DNA of 33,000 bases from NCBI GenBank assembly GCA_977030845.1, contig OZ365112.1:21576001-21609000 (forward strand). Reading direction: 5' to 3'. Shown here piece after piece: positions 1 through 12,004 of the stretch. Positions within the stretch are counted from its first letter, which is position 1; every line of letters starts with the position of its first letter. The stretch comes from Fimbriosthenelais zetlandica (Eukaryota). The position numbers were made by a program, and so were the translations under genes. The notes beneath the pieces are model-generated. The model was not told the origin of the DNA. It searched no databases and saw nothing but the letters and a program-made list of their open reading frames with translations.

Positions 1-1980
1 GATGCAGTGAATCAAATGTTGTTAAAGTTCCTGATGATTATCTTTCTTCAACCTCAGACATCTGGTTTAAAAGATAAGATGTGACTCGATTGGATTTAAA
101 GCCAATAATAGAAACCTTTCAGGCATTAAATGTGGGCCATAAAGATTTAATGATAATCCTGATTAGATTTCAGGAAGTGTGAAGGAACAATGGCGAACAC
201 AAAGCGCATATTACCTATGAAAGTGGAAATTAAATTGTTCCAACTTTTCCCCGACCACTTCTGCGCAGAAATGTCATTACTGCAACCACACACAGGCATC
301 AGCATCAAAAGAATTCCTCAACACTTCCCTATAGAAGTTGTACATAAAGCCTTACAAAATGCATTTTCCTCTATGATAAAACCCAACAGACAAAAGCATC
401 AAAGTCAGGGACAACGGAAATTCATCCCTAAACCCTGCATTGAGCCCCAACCCCCTTTTAAACAAAATATGCAATCAATCAAGGTGTTCTGGATGTTCTT
501 CTTCTTTTATTACTTGAATGTGCTGACAAAGACTTGGTTGTGAAAAAAGTGTGGCACAATGCATGCAACATGTACATGTAGCATGGCTGATTTAGTCAGT
601 TTGAAGCCAGTAATATGTAGAGGACTTTATCTATACAATCGATGTAAAGAGAGTGACATTTAACCCGAGTCACAAGTTTACTGCACGGGCTCGATATCAA
701 AGTGAATACAAAATTTATTGTACTTCCCAGTAACCCAAAGTCCCTACATTAGAAAAAGTGTATTTTAATGCAAAATGCAAATTTCCAGGGACATAGACCT
801 TGAAATGCATGCTTGGCTATATGTCAAATTGAAGTCTCCAGTATATTATTACCAGTTACCACAATGTTGAAGGGCAGTGACTGAACAGCGGCATTTCAAG
901 TCTAGCCAGGACTACATCTTAAAGTTATTTCAGTGTGATGAACCCTTACCCATTGGAAATGTCATGACAGTGTAGTACCCATTCAAATGGCCTTTCCCTG
1001 GCTCTGTGTCCATGTAAGAGGTGTTAGAAGGTGCCCTGTTTGGCAGAGCTTGTACCAGAAGTTATAAGTTAGATATATCTCGCTCTCACCATTGAGCAAT
1101 GGATGTTATTCTCTGGCAATCGCAAGGGAGAAGTCGTTCAAGGCCATGCGTTGTCAAGGGAATTTTCTCATAATGTTATAGTGTGCTGAACTTCTGAGTA
1201 ATACGTCACAAGGTCTTGACCTACACTGTAACATTTAGCTGCAGGACAAATATTGTCTGCAGGAAACAGACGCGGCCTCCTTAATTGTTGCCCAGATTTC
1301 TAAAAGTCCAAAAATCAGATTCGCCATGACTTAATCCTTTAAATTCTTTAGGATCATCTTTCCGTCCTAATTACGGCCAAGATAAAGTATTATAGCTATA
1401 GTAGGAGAGAGTAATTGGGAGAGCCCTTACCTATTCATTTATCATCGCGTAAAGTTTCATAAGATATTAAAGCATACTTGAGGCTGACTCTCAGCTCTGT
1501 TTTATGCCAACATAAAACCCCAATGCATCATTTTAATACCTACTGTAAAGACCATTTGCATGCGATCACTGGCAGCTGCTGGTGGTATATAATAACTGAA
1601 CTTTCTATTAAGGGTCAACATCGTACAAGCTAACAATAAAATAGTAAACTCTCAGTCATAATAGCGTAGATTAAGTTAATGTTGGCATTCATCTGCTATA
1701 ATGACTGGTGTACTATATAGTTTACGACCTAAAGAGGCAATGAAATCAATGGAACCTGCCCCTGTTTTCTCTCCAAGTTTACACTTGGCTTTGTTGCTTG
1801 GAATACCAGCCAGTATTCCCGATCAAAGGCTATACATGTGTGAATTTTATAATGCTTGTTTAGTCTTTGGTCATTGTCCTATTTCAATTTTGGTCCATGA
1901 GAACATTATGCCCATATCAAGAGATAATTCTATAGAATTATGATGTACAGAATCAGGTATGGAGGTGATTTTTCCATCCG

Positions 1981-2457
1981 ATTTATTGATCAAATATTTC
2001 TCCATCTATGGTTTTCCTAGACATCTATATTGCTTGGGACCTCCCTCTTGGAGGCGGTTGGTACAAGGTTATCTCTCAGTGATTCTTGACTGAACAAGAC
2101 CTAGATCATGACAATGCTATGGCAGACTTTCTTTCCTGCTCTCTTCTCAGTTAGCCACTACTCCCATTGCTCATCGATCCCCGGGCTGCCTGCACTATTA
2201 CCGTCAAGAGAATCACAGTTTGCACTTGCCTGCCATTTCTCTAAAGGCTCGATCAGTAGTGGCAGTATATCGAAGTCTTATATTCTTTCAGTGACTTCCT
2301 TCCTTTGCTCCATAAATGTTTTCCTACATGCGCCGTTATTGGTTTCAGACTTGTCTTGGATGGTCTGCTGAATGATTGATCCAAGTTTTACATTATGGCC
2401 ATCATATCGCATTTTCCTCCGTCCTGTTATTGGATTTGTAGGGTGTCTCTCTTTAAA
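1981..2457 (-). pseudogene. Decayed K/E/Q-rich reading frame, unidentified
   Basis: About 159 codons with 5 stops (FKERHPTNPITGRRKMRYDG...FMEQRKEVTERI*DFDILPLLIEPLEKW...). The supplied plus ORFs 2108-2371 and 2372-2629 lie in the third-position-aligned frame, and the first is S/F/L-rich, like an antisense shadow. Confidence 0.3.
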
Positions 2458-3742
2458 TCAAGGTATTAAGTTAAAAAATAATGCAGTTATAGGACTTCTC
2501 CTCCCAATTCTCTCTCAAAGTTCAGGAGGAGAAACAGCCGTTCAAGTGTATGGCAGAATAGCTGAAAATCACAGAAAACAATCAGATTATATGTTGCTAG
2601 GCCTATCCCGAATACTATTGCGAATATAATCAAGAACAAAATGTCATAATATGGTTTGTTGGTATGTTTAACCTCCTTTATATACATAAAGTCGGCCCTC
2701 TCCTGGTAATGTGGAAACCTGGCTGGTGGGGACCTGGATTGGGTCTAAGCTGGTGTTTGTCACTTATAGCTGACAATGGTTTTCACCATTTCACATTAGG
2801 TGTTCTCAGAGGAACCAGGCAGACAGCAGGGGTGACATGAAAAAAAGATACTATGTGCTGGGTCCAGTTGGAAATCAATTATTGTGCCGCATAATGGGAT
2901 AAAGCCTATATCTACCGACCTCCTCTATACAGTGTAAAACTGTTACAAAAAAATCAGAGATTTGAGATAAACAAATTATATTGTTCCAGAAGTCCAAAGT
3001 AGTGACTGACTGCAAGACTGAATGCTTTGGTATGCTTCTTATGAAGACAAATTTATCAGTGTAAACTGTCTGCTGAGTACGTTTATTCCTATTGAAACGT
3101 TCATTGACAACCACCAACATTCCAATAAATGAGAGGTCATCAGGTCATCAAATTGAAGAATATACATTTTTTCACTGATATTATATAGTACAATGACCAA
3201 GCAGTGAAACATGTCTGTGGAACTGTAAAACTAAAATAGTATAGTCCTGAACAGACGGTGGATTTGATGACCTAGGACGTCATGCATTAATGCCACAGAG
3301 AACATCGTTTTGCCACAATCGTGTCGCTAAATTGTAGCCTGAGACTGACTTATTTCCTCCTCAATCTTGTCTACATGAATGGTAATCAACCCCTATGACT
3401 TACAACTGTCAGAGTTCACAGCTACCACATGTATCCTCCCTATAGGCAGGACCAGTTGTAACCACACTGTCTGAGAGAGTTTCTGAAAGACAGCCTGCTG
3501 TGGATGAGCTACATTGCCTGCTTTAACTGATAAACAACTATATATATATGAGTCACATATATGTGCTGGCTCGACTAATAAGGAAAGTTGCTGTTAACTG
3601 ACCTACAACTCTGTGCATCTAACTGCTTGCAGAAAATGATTTAACTTTAATATAATATTATCTCCCTTATACTACTAGCACATTTACCAAATATAGCAAT
3701 CAACTTAACAGCAAACTTTTGATGACTATGAACTAGAAGATC

Positions 3743-4030
3743 TTAAAGGTCACACGAAACGATGTTCATTTTTTAACTAGGCCGCGCACCCAAGCCATTT
3801 TGAATGTGTGATGTCAGAGCGCTGGAAACTAGGGCAAAACCAGTACGCCCCGAGATAGGAATACTGGAACTAATATTCGCTTCCACGATACCAAGTTACC
3901 ATGAACAACTAATACGAGGGATAGCATAAAGTTGATATAAACCTGGCCTCAGTTGGACGGCCACACCTTTCTATTAAGTGAATAGAACATTTCTACGAGT
4001 CTGGTATAGACATCAGCCATCGCGATGAGG
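3743..4030. mobile_element. Possible non-autonomous DNA transposon (MITE-like) fragment starting TTAAAGG; right end not defined
   Basis: Starts ttaaaggtcacacg at 3743. The segment looks more CpG-rich than its flanks and contains gccattttgaatgtgtgatgtca. No partner terminal inverted repeat found. Confidence 0.28.
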
Positions 4031-4900
4031 GTTTTTTAATGCCATATATGCCAGCTGCTTCATGCAAGTTTCCCCCAGGTCCGATATGAATGAATTGTTA
4101 ATTGTACTTCAGTTTGTAAATGCAGTGTTTAATACTGTATTTCCAGTTTAAAATGGTCATTTGGCTTCGCTGAAAGTATTGGGATATTTTAGAGTAGACA
4201 ATATATGTGACAACCAAATACACCAGAATGCCATCAAGAAGGGTTTATGCTAGCATTGCTGAGACACTTCACAAGTAAGCCTACCTGCGACCAAGTGGAC
4301 TCAGTGAAGAGTACAAAGAGTGTTTTCTCTCTTGTTGCAATGAGCTACCATTCAGGAAGAGAAATGAGACCAATGAATGATACTTGATATGGAACTTCAA
4401 ACAGAGCAAAACACGACCATGTGGATTAAGGAGCAGCATGTTTGTTTCTGCCTGATTGCGGTGTCTTATGCAGACCACCATCTTGCAAAGGCCTGGAGAC
4501 AAAACAGGTGGAAATATTGTCACTCTGACACCAGATGTTGCTGCCCTTGGAAGGAAACACTCCTTTAATTTTAATATCATTTAAATTGCAAAAGGCCATG
4601 TTGGAATTAACCGCCACGGCCAGCTATGGCGCGTATTGCATCTGAGCTTAACAACGGAATAACAGAACAATAACAGATGAAATGTTGAAATATGAATTAA
4701 CGTGGCGAAAGTCTACGACAACAAAACCCAGAAATTAGCGTATGAATTTATGGCACTCACGAAGTTCCACTGTTGAAAGTCTAAGCTGCATTGATTTGGT
4801 ATTGGTTATATATAAATAGCGGGTAAACAACTGATGATGTGTAGAGGAAGATGACTTGTGCAGTTATGGATAGGTTTCAGTTTCCACAGCAGAGAATCTT

Positions 4901-6192
4901 TCATCTATAAAAAGCCTGGGTATTGATTTTCTGTCCTTCTGTGTGGTTTGGTTCAGTTTGGTTATAATCTCTCAATGTCTTCTTATAGGTTAGAACTACC
5001 ATGAATATTAGTGGATTCTTTATCATCTGAAACCTCATGTAATCAATGTGAACTCTTTTTTTCATGCTTTCTGTATAATAGTTATATGAATCGCATAAAA
5101 GCTGACGGAGCCAGTGCCTGAGATCCTGGAAATATTTACAACTGTATTCTGAATATTTTTTAACCAAAACAACTTTCTAGAATACCCGAAAGGTTGCATC
5201 AAATGTTTAGTGATGAAACAGGGTCAAAACGACACCAGGCTTTCCAGCCTTTGATATCTAGATAATGTCTTTTGATATAGTCAAACCTACCAAAGGCACG
5301 TTGTAGCACATCGTTATAAACATCTTAAAATGATGCTATACTTCTGCTAGGTTAGATGGCAAGCTTTTATGACCAGACACTGCCCTACTCTGGCCTCTAA
5401 TCAGACTTTAAAGGACCAAACTTGCTACTTTAATACCGCCCTCCAACCTCTCCACTGCTCAGTCTTCTTTTCCTAATAAAAAAAATGTCCAAAGCACACC
5501 GACCAACTTCCATGACCAATCGTCCAAATATTCAGTGTCTTAAGTGCTGACAGTTAGAGCATCGGTGGCACCGGATGCTTTGGTTCTATCCTGCATATTC
5601 GCTCAGGGTGCTAGACGGCATAAGATGTCCAATAAGTGGTCTCGTTAAAATCAAGCAATGGCAAAGCAACCAAGTCCTGGACGTATGACCAGGCGTGACT
5701 GTAAATCCACCTTCTCTCAGCTCCCCACTTGTTAGCTACTGGCTCAAGACACAACCTTTGCTTTAATCATTCAAACACATGCTTTGGTTCCTCTACCCAA
5801 GCCTCTGGCACTTTATTTCTTTGCAACGTTTTGTCAGGCTCTTTTCTTCCTTTCTAAGTATAAGCATTGCCAGCAGAAAGGATACTGTGATTATGTGGTA
5901 GAATGATCATCTAAACTGGATAATGATCAGGTAACCTTGTCAGGGTATATAACCTGGAATAATAGAATTAGTAGGCATTATAAGGAAACAAATAGGCCTT
6001 TCTATATAGACATGTTGCTGCGGTCTGTTAAAATGTGTGTCACGTAGAGTTGGGATTCATTGTTCTGATCCTGTTTGGATGGTCCTGATCCTTGTAGACA
6101 ATAACCTCGGTGGCCACCAGCTGATGCATTCGCTCTTTCTTCTTGTGGTGAGACATGGTTCGCTAACATCAATAAGGCCTGAACTTGAATAG
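4901..6192 (-). mobile_element. Highly decayed Ty3/Gypsy LTR-retrotransposon pol relic (RT, connection, RNase H, integrase)
   Basis: One minus frame from 6192 to about 5590 (about 9 stops) reads LFKF (6192-6181; cf. LFEFxxMPFG), VIVYKDQ (6105-6085; cf. VIVYLDD), AATCLYRKAYLF (cf. AGLxLxxxKCxF), PDHYPV (cf. PDPxKV), HSILSAGNAY (cf. RSFLGxxNYY), KVPEAWVEEPKHVFE*LKQRLCLEPV (5814-5737; cf. KxVPFxWxEExxxAFExLKxxLxxxPV) and SHAW (cf. TDAS; each differing codon is one substitution away). After a frameshift, ORF 4901-5167 has CKYFQ (5140-5126; cf. CxxCQ), RVHIDY (5056-5039) and LIFMVVLTYKK...FYR (cf. integrase core start). No LTRs located. Confidence 0.5.
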
Positions 6193-6964
6193 GATTCAGG
6201 CCATGGCTGAATGCTGGCTTGCTATACAAACACATTCGTGTTAGGATCAAAAAGGTGCTTTTGCTTGTTCCCCTAGTTCCTTTTATATTGAAGTGGGTCT
6301 GCACAATTCATTTAGGTGCACATGTTGATGCATTGGTATGAATATGAAAATTTAATCTCCAGTGACTGGAAGAACCAGGGAAGAGGGCAGGGGGATATGG
6401 TATATACAAAGACACTTATAAGAGAAATTCATTATTGATGATCAAGGGTTCACCAAAACAGTCTTCTGAGGATGGATTTATAGAGCATTGACCTTTACTT
6501 CCTGCTAGCTTTTAGAGAAGGAACAGAGGCAGAAAATCAAAAAGGGGAACAGCGAATGTTTGGAAAGAAAGACAAAAAAGTGCATTTAGAGTGGAAACGT
6601 TCCTTATTATATAGTGTTCATAAGACCTCGCGACCCAAGATGAACAAAGTTATGTTGGCCCACAGGTGGTCCACTAAGATATTTATGCTGACGTGTTTCT
6701 GTGCCATGGCTCATTCACATTGAAAAGATCTTCATACATTCTACCAGGATATTTTTTCCTACTTGTGGGAATGCAGATAAAGAAGTTGAATCATATATAT
6801 ATAACTGTGGGACGAATAGAAAGGATGTTACGAAGAAGGAGGACCTTTGTTGTTGATCACAAAAAAAAGGTCACTTTGAAGGCCACATCAGGCATTCAAT
6901 CCAGACCATTTCCTATAGACTGATTGAATATGAATGAGAAGGAAAAATGTAAAGGGATATGTGA

Positions 6965-7564
6965 TATAAATCTTTTCACAGATACCTCCATTACGCCCTC
7001 CTAGAAGGTCATGCATCATTTTCAATAAAGCTGCCTGGCAATGGGCCATCAGCAGGCTTCAAAATACAAAATGCCTTCTGTTCAACAGTCGATTTGACTT
7101 TTGATTTCCCGCCAATCTGTTTGAAAGGAACACTCTTGACTTTTAAAGGAACAACATTCTGGGCATCATGGCTATCTCAAATTTCCTCTAAAAGCCAGTT
7201 TCTGAAACCCCTTTTTAGTGCACAAAGGGAAAAAGCGTTGATGGCGGGACTCAAATTCTCCAACATGGAAGGGGTCGAAGTACTGGAGGGGTTGAGAGGA
7301 CGACTGATTGTGGCAACATATACCTCTTCTGAAAGGTCATTTATGGTCAATAATGAAGCCGTGTTAAATGGAATCAGTCTCTCATTACCTGTTCACATTA
7401 TTATGAGCCAACAGTCTTTAACTTGGTGTGAGCTGATTAAGATGAGACGGATTTCTGAAATCAACATTGTCCTTGATATTTCTATAAATTTTAGTTCTCC
7501 TTTTCTACATTATGATATGGGACAAACAAAATCGGTTAATTACAAAATCATGGAATCAATTTGA
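6965..7564 (+). other. Stop-free frame of about 199 codons, unknown; possibly a terminal exon or the antisense shadow of a decayed minus-strand ORF
   Basis: Open from the TGA at 6962-6964 to the TGA at 7562-7564, with an acceptor-like tcttttcacag at 6971-6981. The translation is S/F/L-rich. The third-position-aligned minus frame is K/E-rich with few stops. No family recognised. Confidence 0.25.
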
Positions 7565-8866
7565 ACGTGATTCTGGATACCCTATTTTGATAAGTTTTCA
7601 CCGAGTCATTGAGTATAAAAATTACACATATAATAATATTTATTTTCTTCAGGGTCTCCTTTTGTTATCTTCATAGCCATTATATATAATAGGGCTTTGC
7701 AGAACAAACCCCTTTAAGATCTGCGCAATGAAAACGTCAGGTGTCGTTTTACGGGTCAAAATCTTTAAAAAGTCTTTATGGCCATTTCCCGTAGCTTTTG
7801 GCTTGTTTGTGTAATTCAACACCAATTTTAAAAGCCTCACCAGAGTTCAATGTTAACGATGCATCGCCATAATTGTCAATGTATTGATAAAAATGGCTTC
7901 TTCAGATGTGTTTTTGTTAGCATTATCAAGTGACACAGTCCATACCCAAGGGTTAAAATGGAGAAAGGAACATTAAAAATCAAAGGTTTTTGAGGATTTT
8001 TTATTGTGTAAGTTTACCCCACATAGTATTATGGTTAATAGGCCTAATTATCTTGGAGAACCAAAGATATATTCATTATAATCACGATTGAGAATGGAAT
8101 ATATAATGACTCCCCCTGAGACAATCAATCTCACCAGTACAGTGAAAAGAGTGTGAAAAAACTTGCTCAGTCTTTGGCAACACTAATTATTTTGTCCTAT
8201 CCTTTTTTCTACAAATTGAATTCCTTGATTAAGGAATAATTAAAATTGAGACTTAAATCCATTGGCTGAATAGCGGCTTCCCCACCCCTGATTGCTCTCT
8301 TATTTGTGATTAGACCTTTATTCAACCCTTTCCAAATGTAGTGGCTAATTGAGTTCTGCCTAATGAAATTAAGTGTTAATTACTGACAAGAATGTGTGCG
8401 GACAGATGATGTAGTAGCCACAAATTAGCAATACTAATTATGGTATTTATTATCTTTATCTATGCATCGCCAACTGTGGTAATTTAATAGCCATTCTTAG
8501 CACCCAAGAGAAATATATACTAGCAATGGTGGATGTTTCTTCTGAGTACGTCTGACTACTCGATCATTCACTCATCCCCGGCTATAAAAGCGTATAGCCA
8601 TATGAGTAACAAAGTCGGAATTCATCCAGTGTGATCCATATTAGTGTTTTATTGCCGATTTCCTCTCATTTACGCAAGAATACAATTGCATCTCAACAGG
8701 AGTGAAGAATGATCCCATTTCACTTCCGGTAGAATTGACTGACTTCGGCTGGGAAGAAGCCGAACACAATTATTGATATCTCATCCTATGCAAAAAAATA
8801 ACCGATAACTGCATTATGTGTAACTTGGCGGATTAGCAAGCGTTAAATGTTTCTAGCAGCATGATT

Positions 8867-9024
8867 ATTGATGTACTTGCAGTTCTCGTAGGCAAGTTCC
8901 ATGTGTACCAATCGCTGCAAGAATTGTAAGGCAATGATCCCTGGTGAGTACCCAATATGTGTACAAAGTCATTAGAGATGTCCTTTAGATATTCATATCT
9001 TGCAATTCGTGCAAAGTTTCCTAC

Positions 9025-9103
<79 letters not shown>

Positions 9104-9553
9104 TCCAATGTCCCCCAGCACAGGAAAGAGCTGGGTTTACAGATACCAGTCACCTACATGGACTGGGGTGACGGAGATGACAATTGCTTGCTTTTGATTT
9201 CCGATTCTGGCAAAATATCATTTTCTGGCGGCAATTGATGCACTTGCAGATGAAGGTCTTGTAGACAAGCTTCATGTGCAAGAATCACTGCAAGAATGAC
9301 CAGGCAATGATCTCTGGTAGGTATTCAATTAATGTACCAGATCTTTTGAGATATCCACTAGATATACATGACTTGCAATTCTTGCAAATTTTCATACCCA
9401 TATCGTCCAATGCCTTCCACACAGGAGGGGGCTTGGTTTATAGATGCCCAGTCACCTACTTGGACTGGGGAGCATGCGGGTCTTCATTCTGCTGAGGGAG
9501 ATGCCAATTGCTTGCCTTTGCCGTCCTTTGCCTGGCAAAATATCATTTTTGGG
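8867..9553. repeat. Diverged head-to-tail tandem duplication, unit about 295 bp (copy 1 8867-9233, copy 2 9234-about 9553)
   Basis: Collinear shared blocks: attgatg(t/c)acttgcag; ctgcaagaat; ggcaatgatc(c/t)ctggt; cttgcaattc(g/t)tgcaaa; ccagtcacctac(a/t)tggactgggg; ggagatg(a/c)caattgcttgc; ctggcaaaatatcatttt. Copy 1 contains the TA tract. Copy 2 has 6-nt and 22-nt (9471-9492) extra segments. Confidence 0.85.
9027..9102. repeat. (TA)n microsatellite, 76 bp, with one short interruption (about 9063-9069)
   Basis: Seen directly. It explains the YIYI ORFs at 8833-9153 and 9000-9197. Confidence 0.98.
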
Positions 9554-11960
9554 TATTTGGGTATGATTCTTAGAGAATTTTTAGTAATGTATCTGGTTCC
9601 TTTGTTAAATGTACATGGACAGAATGATCTTGTCTTGATCAATCACTTTTGGATGATTGGTCAAGAAGTATTAAAGCATCGTGAGTGAGCATACCAAAAC
9701 TTGAGACCAATTGACTGTCAATGTACCGGTCGTGATAGGGGGGTCTGTCGAGGCATTAATGGATAGTCAATATGTACAGGGGGCAGGTTTGTTGAGCCAT
9801 GAATCTGGATCATGTTCCCCATGTTGTTGACACTATATTTCTGGGGCTGACAAAAATGCATGAGGGAAACAAATTCATTACAGATTAAGAAGCAGATGTA
9901 GATTAAATATTTATAAATAATCAAATGGCTTTATTTAACACAGGTCTGTTGGTGAGATTAAATCAGGACCAATTGCCTGTACAGTAGTTGGTGCATCGAT
10001 CTTGGTCTGTAGAGGACCTTCAAGGGATTGCAACATCTGAAGAGCCATATCTAAGAGTGAAATCTAAGACTATATATACCCACATGCTTGGCAAGAAAAT
10101 ATTCCACAATCGATCATATAAAGTGTTATGTAGGGGAAGAAATCTTTACAACGATATGTGTTTCTAAATCGAACATGACAGCTCAAAATCCCACCCTTTC
10201 ATGATTATTATTTGGCCTATACCATTGGATGGTTATGTTTAATCCATTGCGGTGTTCAAACATAATATTATCTGGCAAAGAATTACGGTCATCAACCTGT
10301 CAGGATCATTTATCTTAAACCTGTTCCCTTCATACTAAAATCAGTTGCAAACCCATTCTTTCAGGAGCTATATCGATTTTATCAATTAGAAATGATTAAC
10401 CTTTTCCACATATATTATGTACTAAAACATGGGACTCACTAATTTAACGATCGGAAGCTAACCATCAGATTATCCTTCATAAATGAACACGGACATTAAG
10501 GTTGTCTTTCTTAGTATGTCAAGAACAATTATCTACTGATTATGTGACATTTAGATTATCCTTTATAACATTCCCGACATCCTTCCTGATCAATTATTTA
10601 GGCTTTAAGAGCTTTTCACTTCTTAACATGTTTCGGAGCACAGGTCTTTTAATCGTCTGAAAATGATGTGCAACATATTATACATTAGTGTTGGTTATAT
10701 GCAGCACACATCTTCTGTGCCCGTTACTCCTTTTAGGAAGCCATCAGAGGCATGTTTTGTGGAAAGACGCCATGCGTGCAGGTTGTGAAAAGCAATATTT
10801 ATATAACGTTCCTTGCCATTCCACAATGGCCTTTGGTGTTATATGCTATTCCTTTTCAATCTACATGCATGCCCGTTGTGCCCATTAACAGGGGAAAATC
10901 AATACCATTCCAATATGAAGTTGCTATATATAGTACACAACGAAATATGATTGTCGTCTGTCGATGATTTGTCCAGATATTTCCCCCGCATGTCTTACAA
11001 TAACTGTAATTAAATCATGGAGCCATAAATGTTCATCAGTCACCATTGATTCATAATTTGGGCCACTGTTATAGACCGAGAGAGAATATGTGACTGAATG
11101 ATAAATACATGTATCCGGAGCATGACTGAAAGGATTGGTTCCGTCTCATGAAGAAAGCAACAGGGAATGTTCCACAAAAAGTGAGATGAGCTCTAACACT
11201 AATTAATTGAAAGCAAAATGTAGGATGACTCCTATCCCCTTTAATAAATCAGGGACTCTTTAATCTCTAATTAAGGGTATTTATTGTTTTAAATGTTAAG
11301 TTTTCCAGCTGGAAATTAACTTAAATGTAAGGTTCATATCGTAATACCTTTTCTTCCAGAGCGGTGTCCAATGAACTCACTGCACTTTACTTATTCTGCA
11401 ACTTTCCTTATAGAACAGACCCCAGGATGCAATGTCCGTATGTCAGGAAAGGCAAGCTTTGTACGTGTGTCCTACATAATGTATATTTATGCCACCGATA
11501 TTGGGGCAGGCCAAGGCTAAGTCTGGTGATCCCCTTCACAAATTGGACATAACCTTCCTTAATGTGTTCGTGGGCCATAACAGGAAGGTAGAAGAAGAAG
11601 TCTCTATGCCTCTTAACCTGGCCAAGTCTTGGGTGGAGAAAGGCGGCAACATTTCTTTCTGGCTATTGGGGGTGTGTGTTAACATAACTAGCTGATATGG
11701 CGGAAAGGTTGAGTACATAAGAAAAGTCCCTGAACCCACTTCATTGATTATCTTCTAAGCAAGAATCTGAGTCTATTTCAGACAATCAGGCTGTTCTATA
11801 ACAACATGCTAAAGCATTGTTGTGAATAATCTAATAGCCTTCAGCTGATATTGATATGTGTAATCAAATACAATAATATAAACTACTTGTTAGATATTCG
11901 TCTGTCAATATCGTGAGGCTCCAAGTATATGTACATGTATATATAACAATCATTCCAAAC

Positions 11961-12004
11961 ATTATGGATTTTGTCTGCAATACCTACCGCGAAAAATCCA
12001 TAAT
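11961..12004. repeat. Perfect 12-bp inverted repeat with 20-nt spacer
   Basis: attatggatttt (11961-11972) and aaaatccataat (11993-12004). Confidence 0.8.

Noticed and set aside
190-543. 117-aa plus ORF, and the other 60-110 aa ORFs in the track
   Set aside because: Their lengths are within chance expectation for six frames of 33 kb, many rely on non-ATG starts, and none has a recognisable domain.
1680-1800. Minus frame ...GEKTGAGS...TPVIIADECQH* resembling helicase Walker A and Walker B (DExH) motifs
   Set aside because: The putative Walker A lacks GK[ST] and lies only about 20 aa from the Walker B, too close for SF2 or AAA+ folds. The frame has several stops. Probably chance.
3300-3767. 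11-bp inverted repeat gaacatcgttt / aaacgatgttc about 450 bp apart
   Set aside because: Matches of this length and distance are expected by chance, and there is no target-site duplication.
4285-4492. Minus-strand exon-like segment with a good acceptor (ttttgtctccag) and donor (cag/gtaggc), open in one frame
   Set aside because: The translation is unrecognisable, no compatible neighbouring exon was found, and such site pairs are common by chance in 33 kb.
5860-5905. Plus frame ISIASRKDTVIMW resembling a WD40 strand
   Set aside because: It is short, ends in a stop and overlaps the better-supported minus-strand Gypsy RT relic.
8720-8820. Plus frame LPVELTDFGWEE...LILCKK..C..C resembling the C-terminus of CXC-tailed transposase-like proteins
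   Set aside because: The intervening conserved P/W-rich stretch is missing and no upstream similarity is visible.
8833-9197. ORFs with YIYIYI runs (8833-9153 -, 9000-9197 +)
   Set aside because: These are translation artefacts of the (TA)n microsatellite.
9715-9775. Plus frame VPVVIGGSVEALMDSQ resembling a retroviral aspartic protease site
   Set aside because: The D[ST]G glycine is absent and no RT follows.
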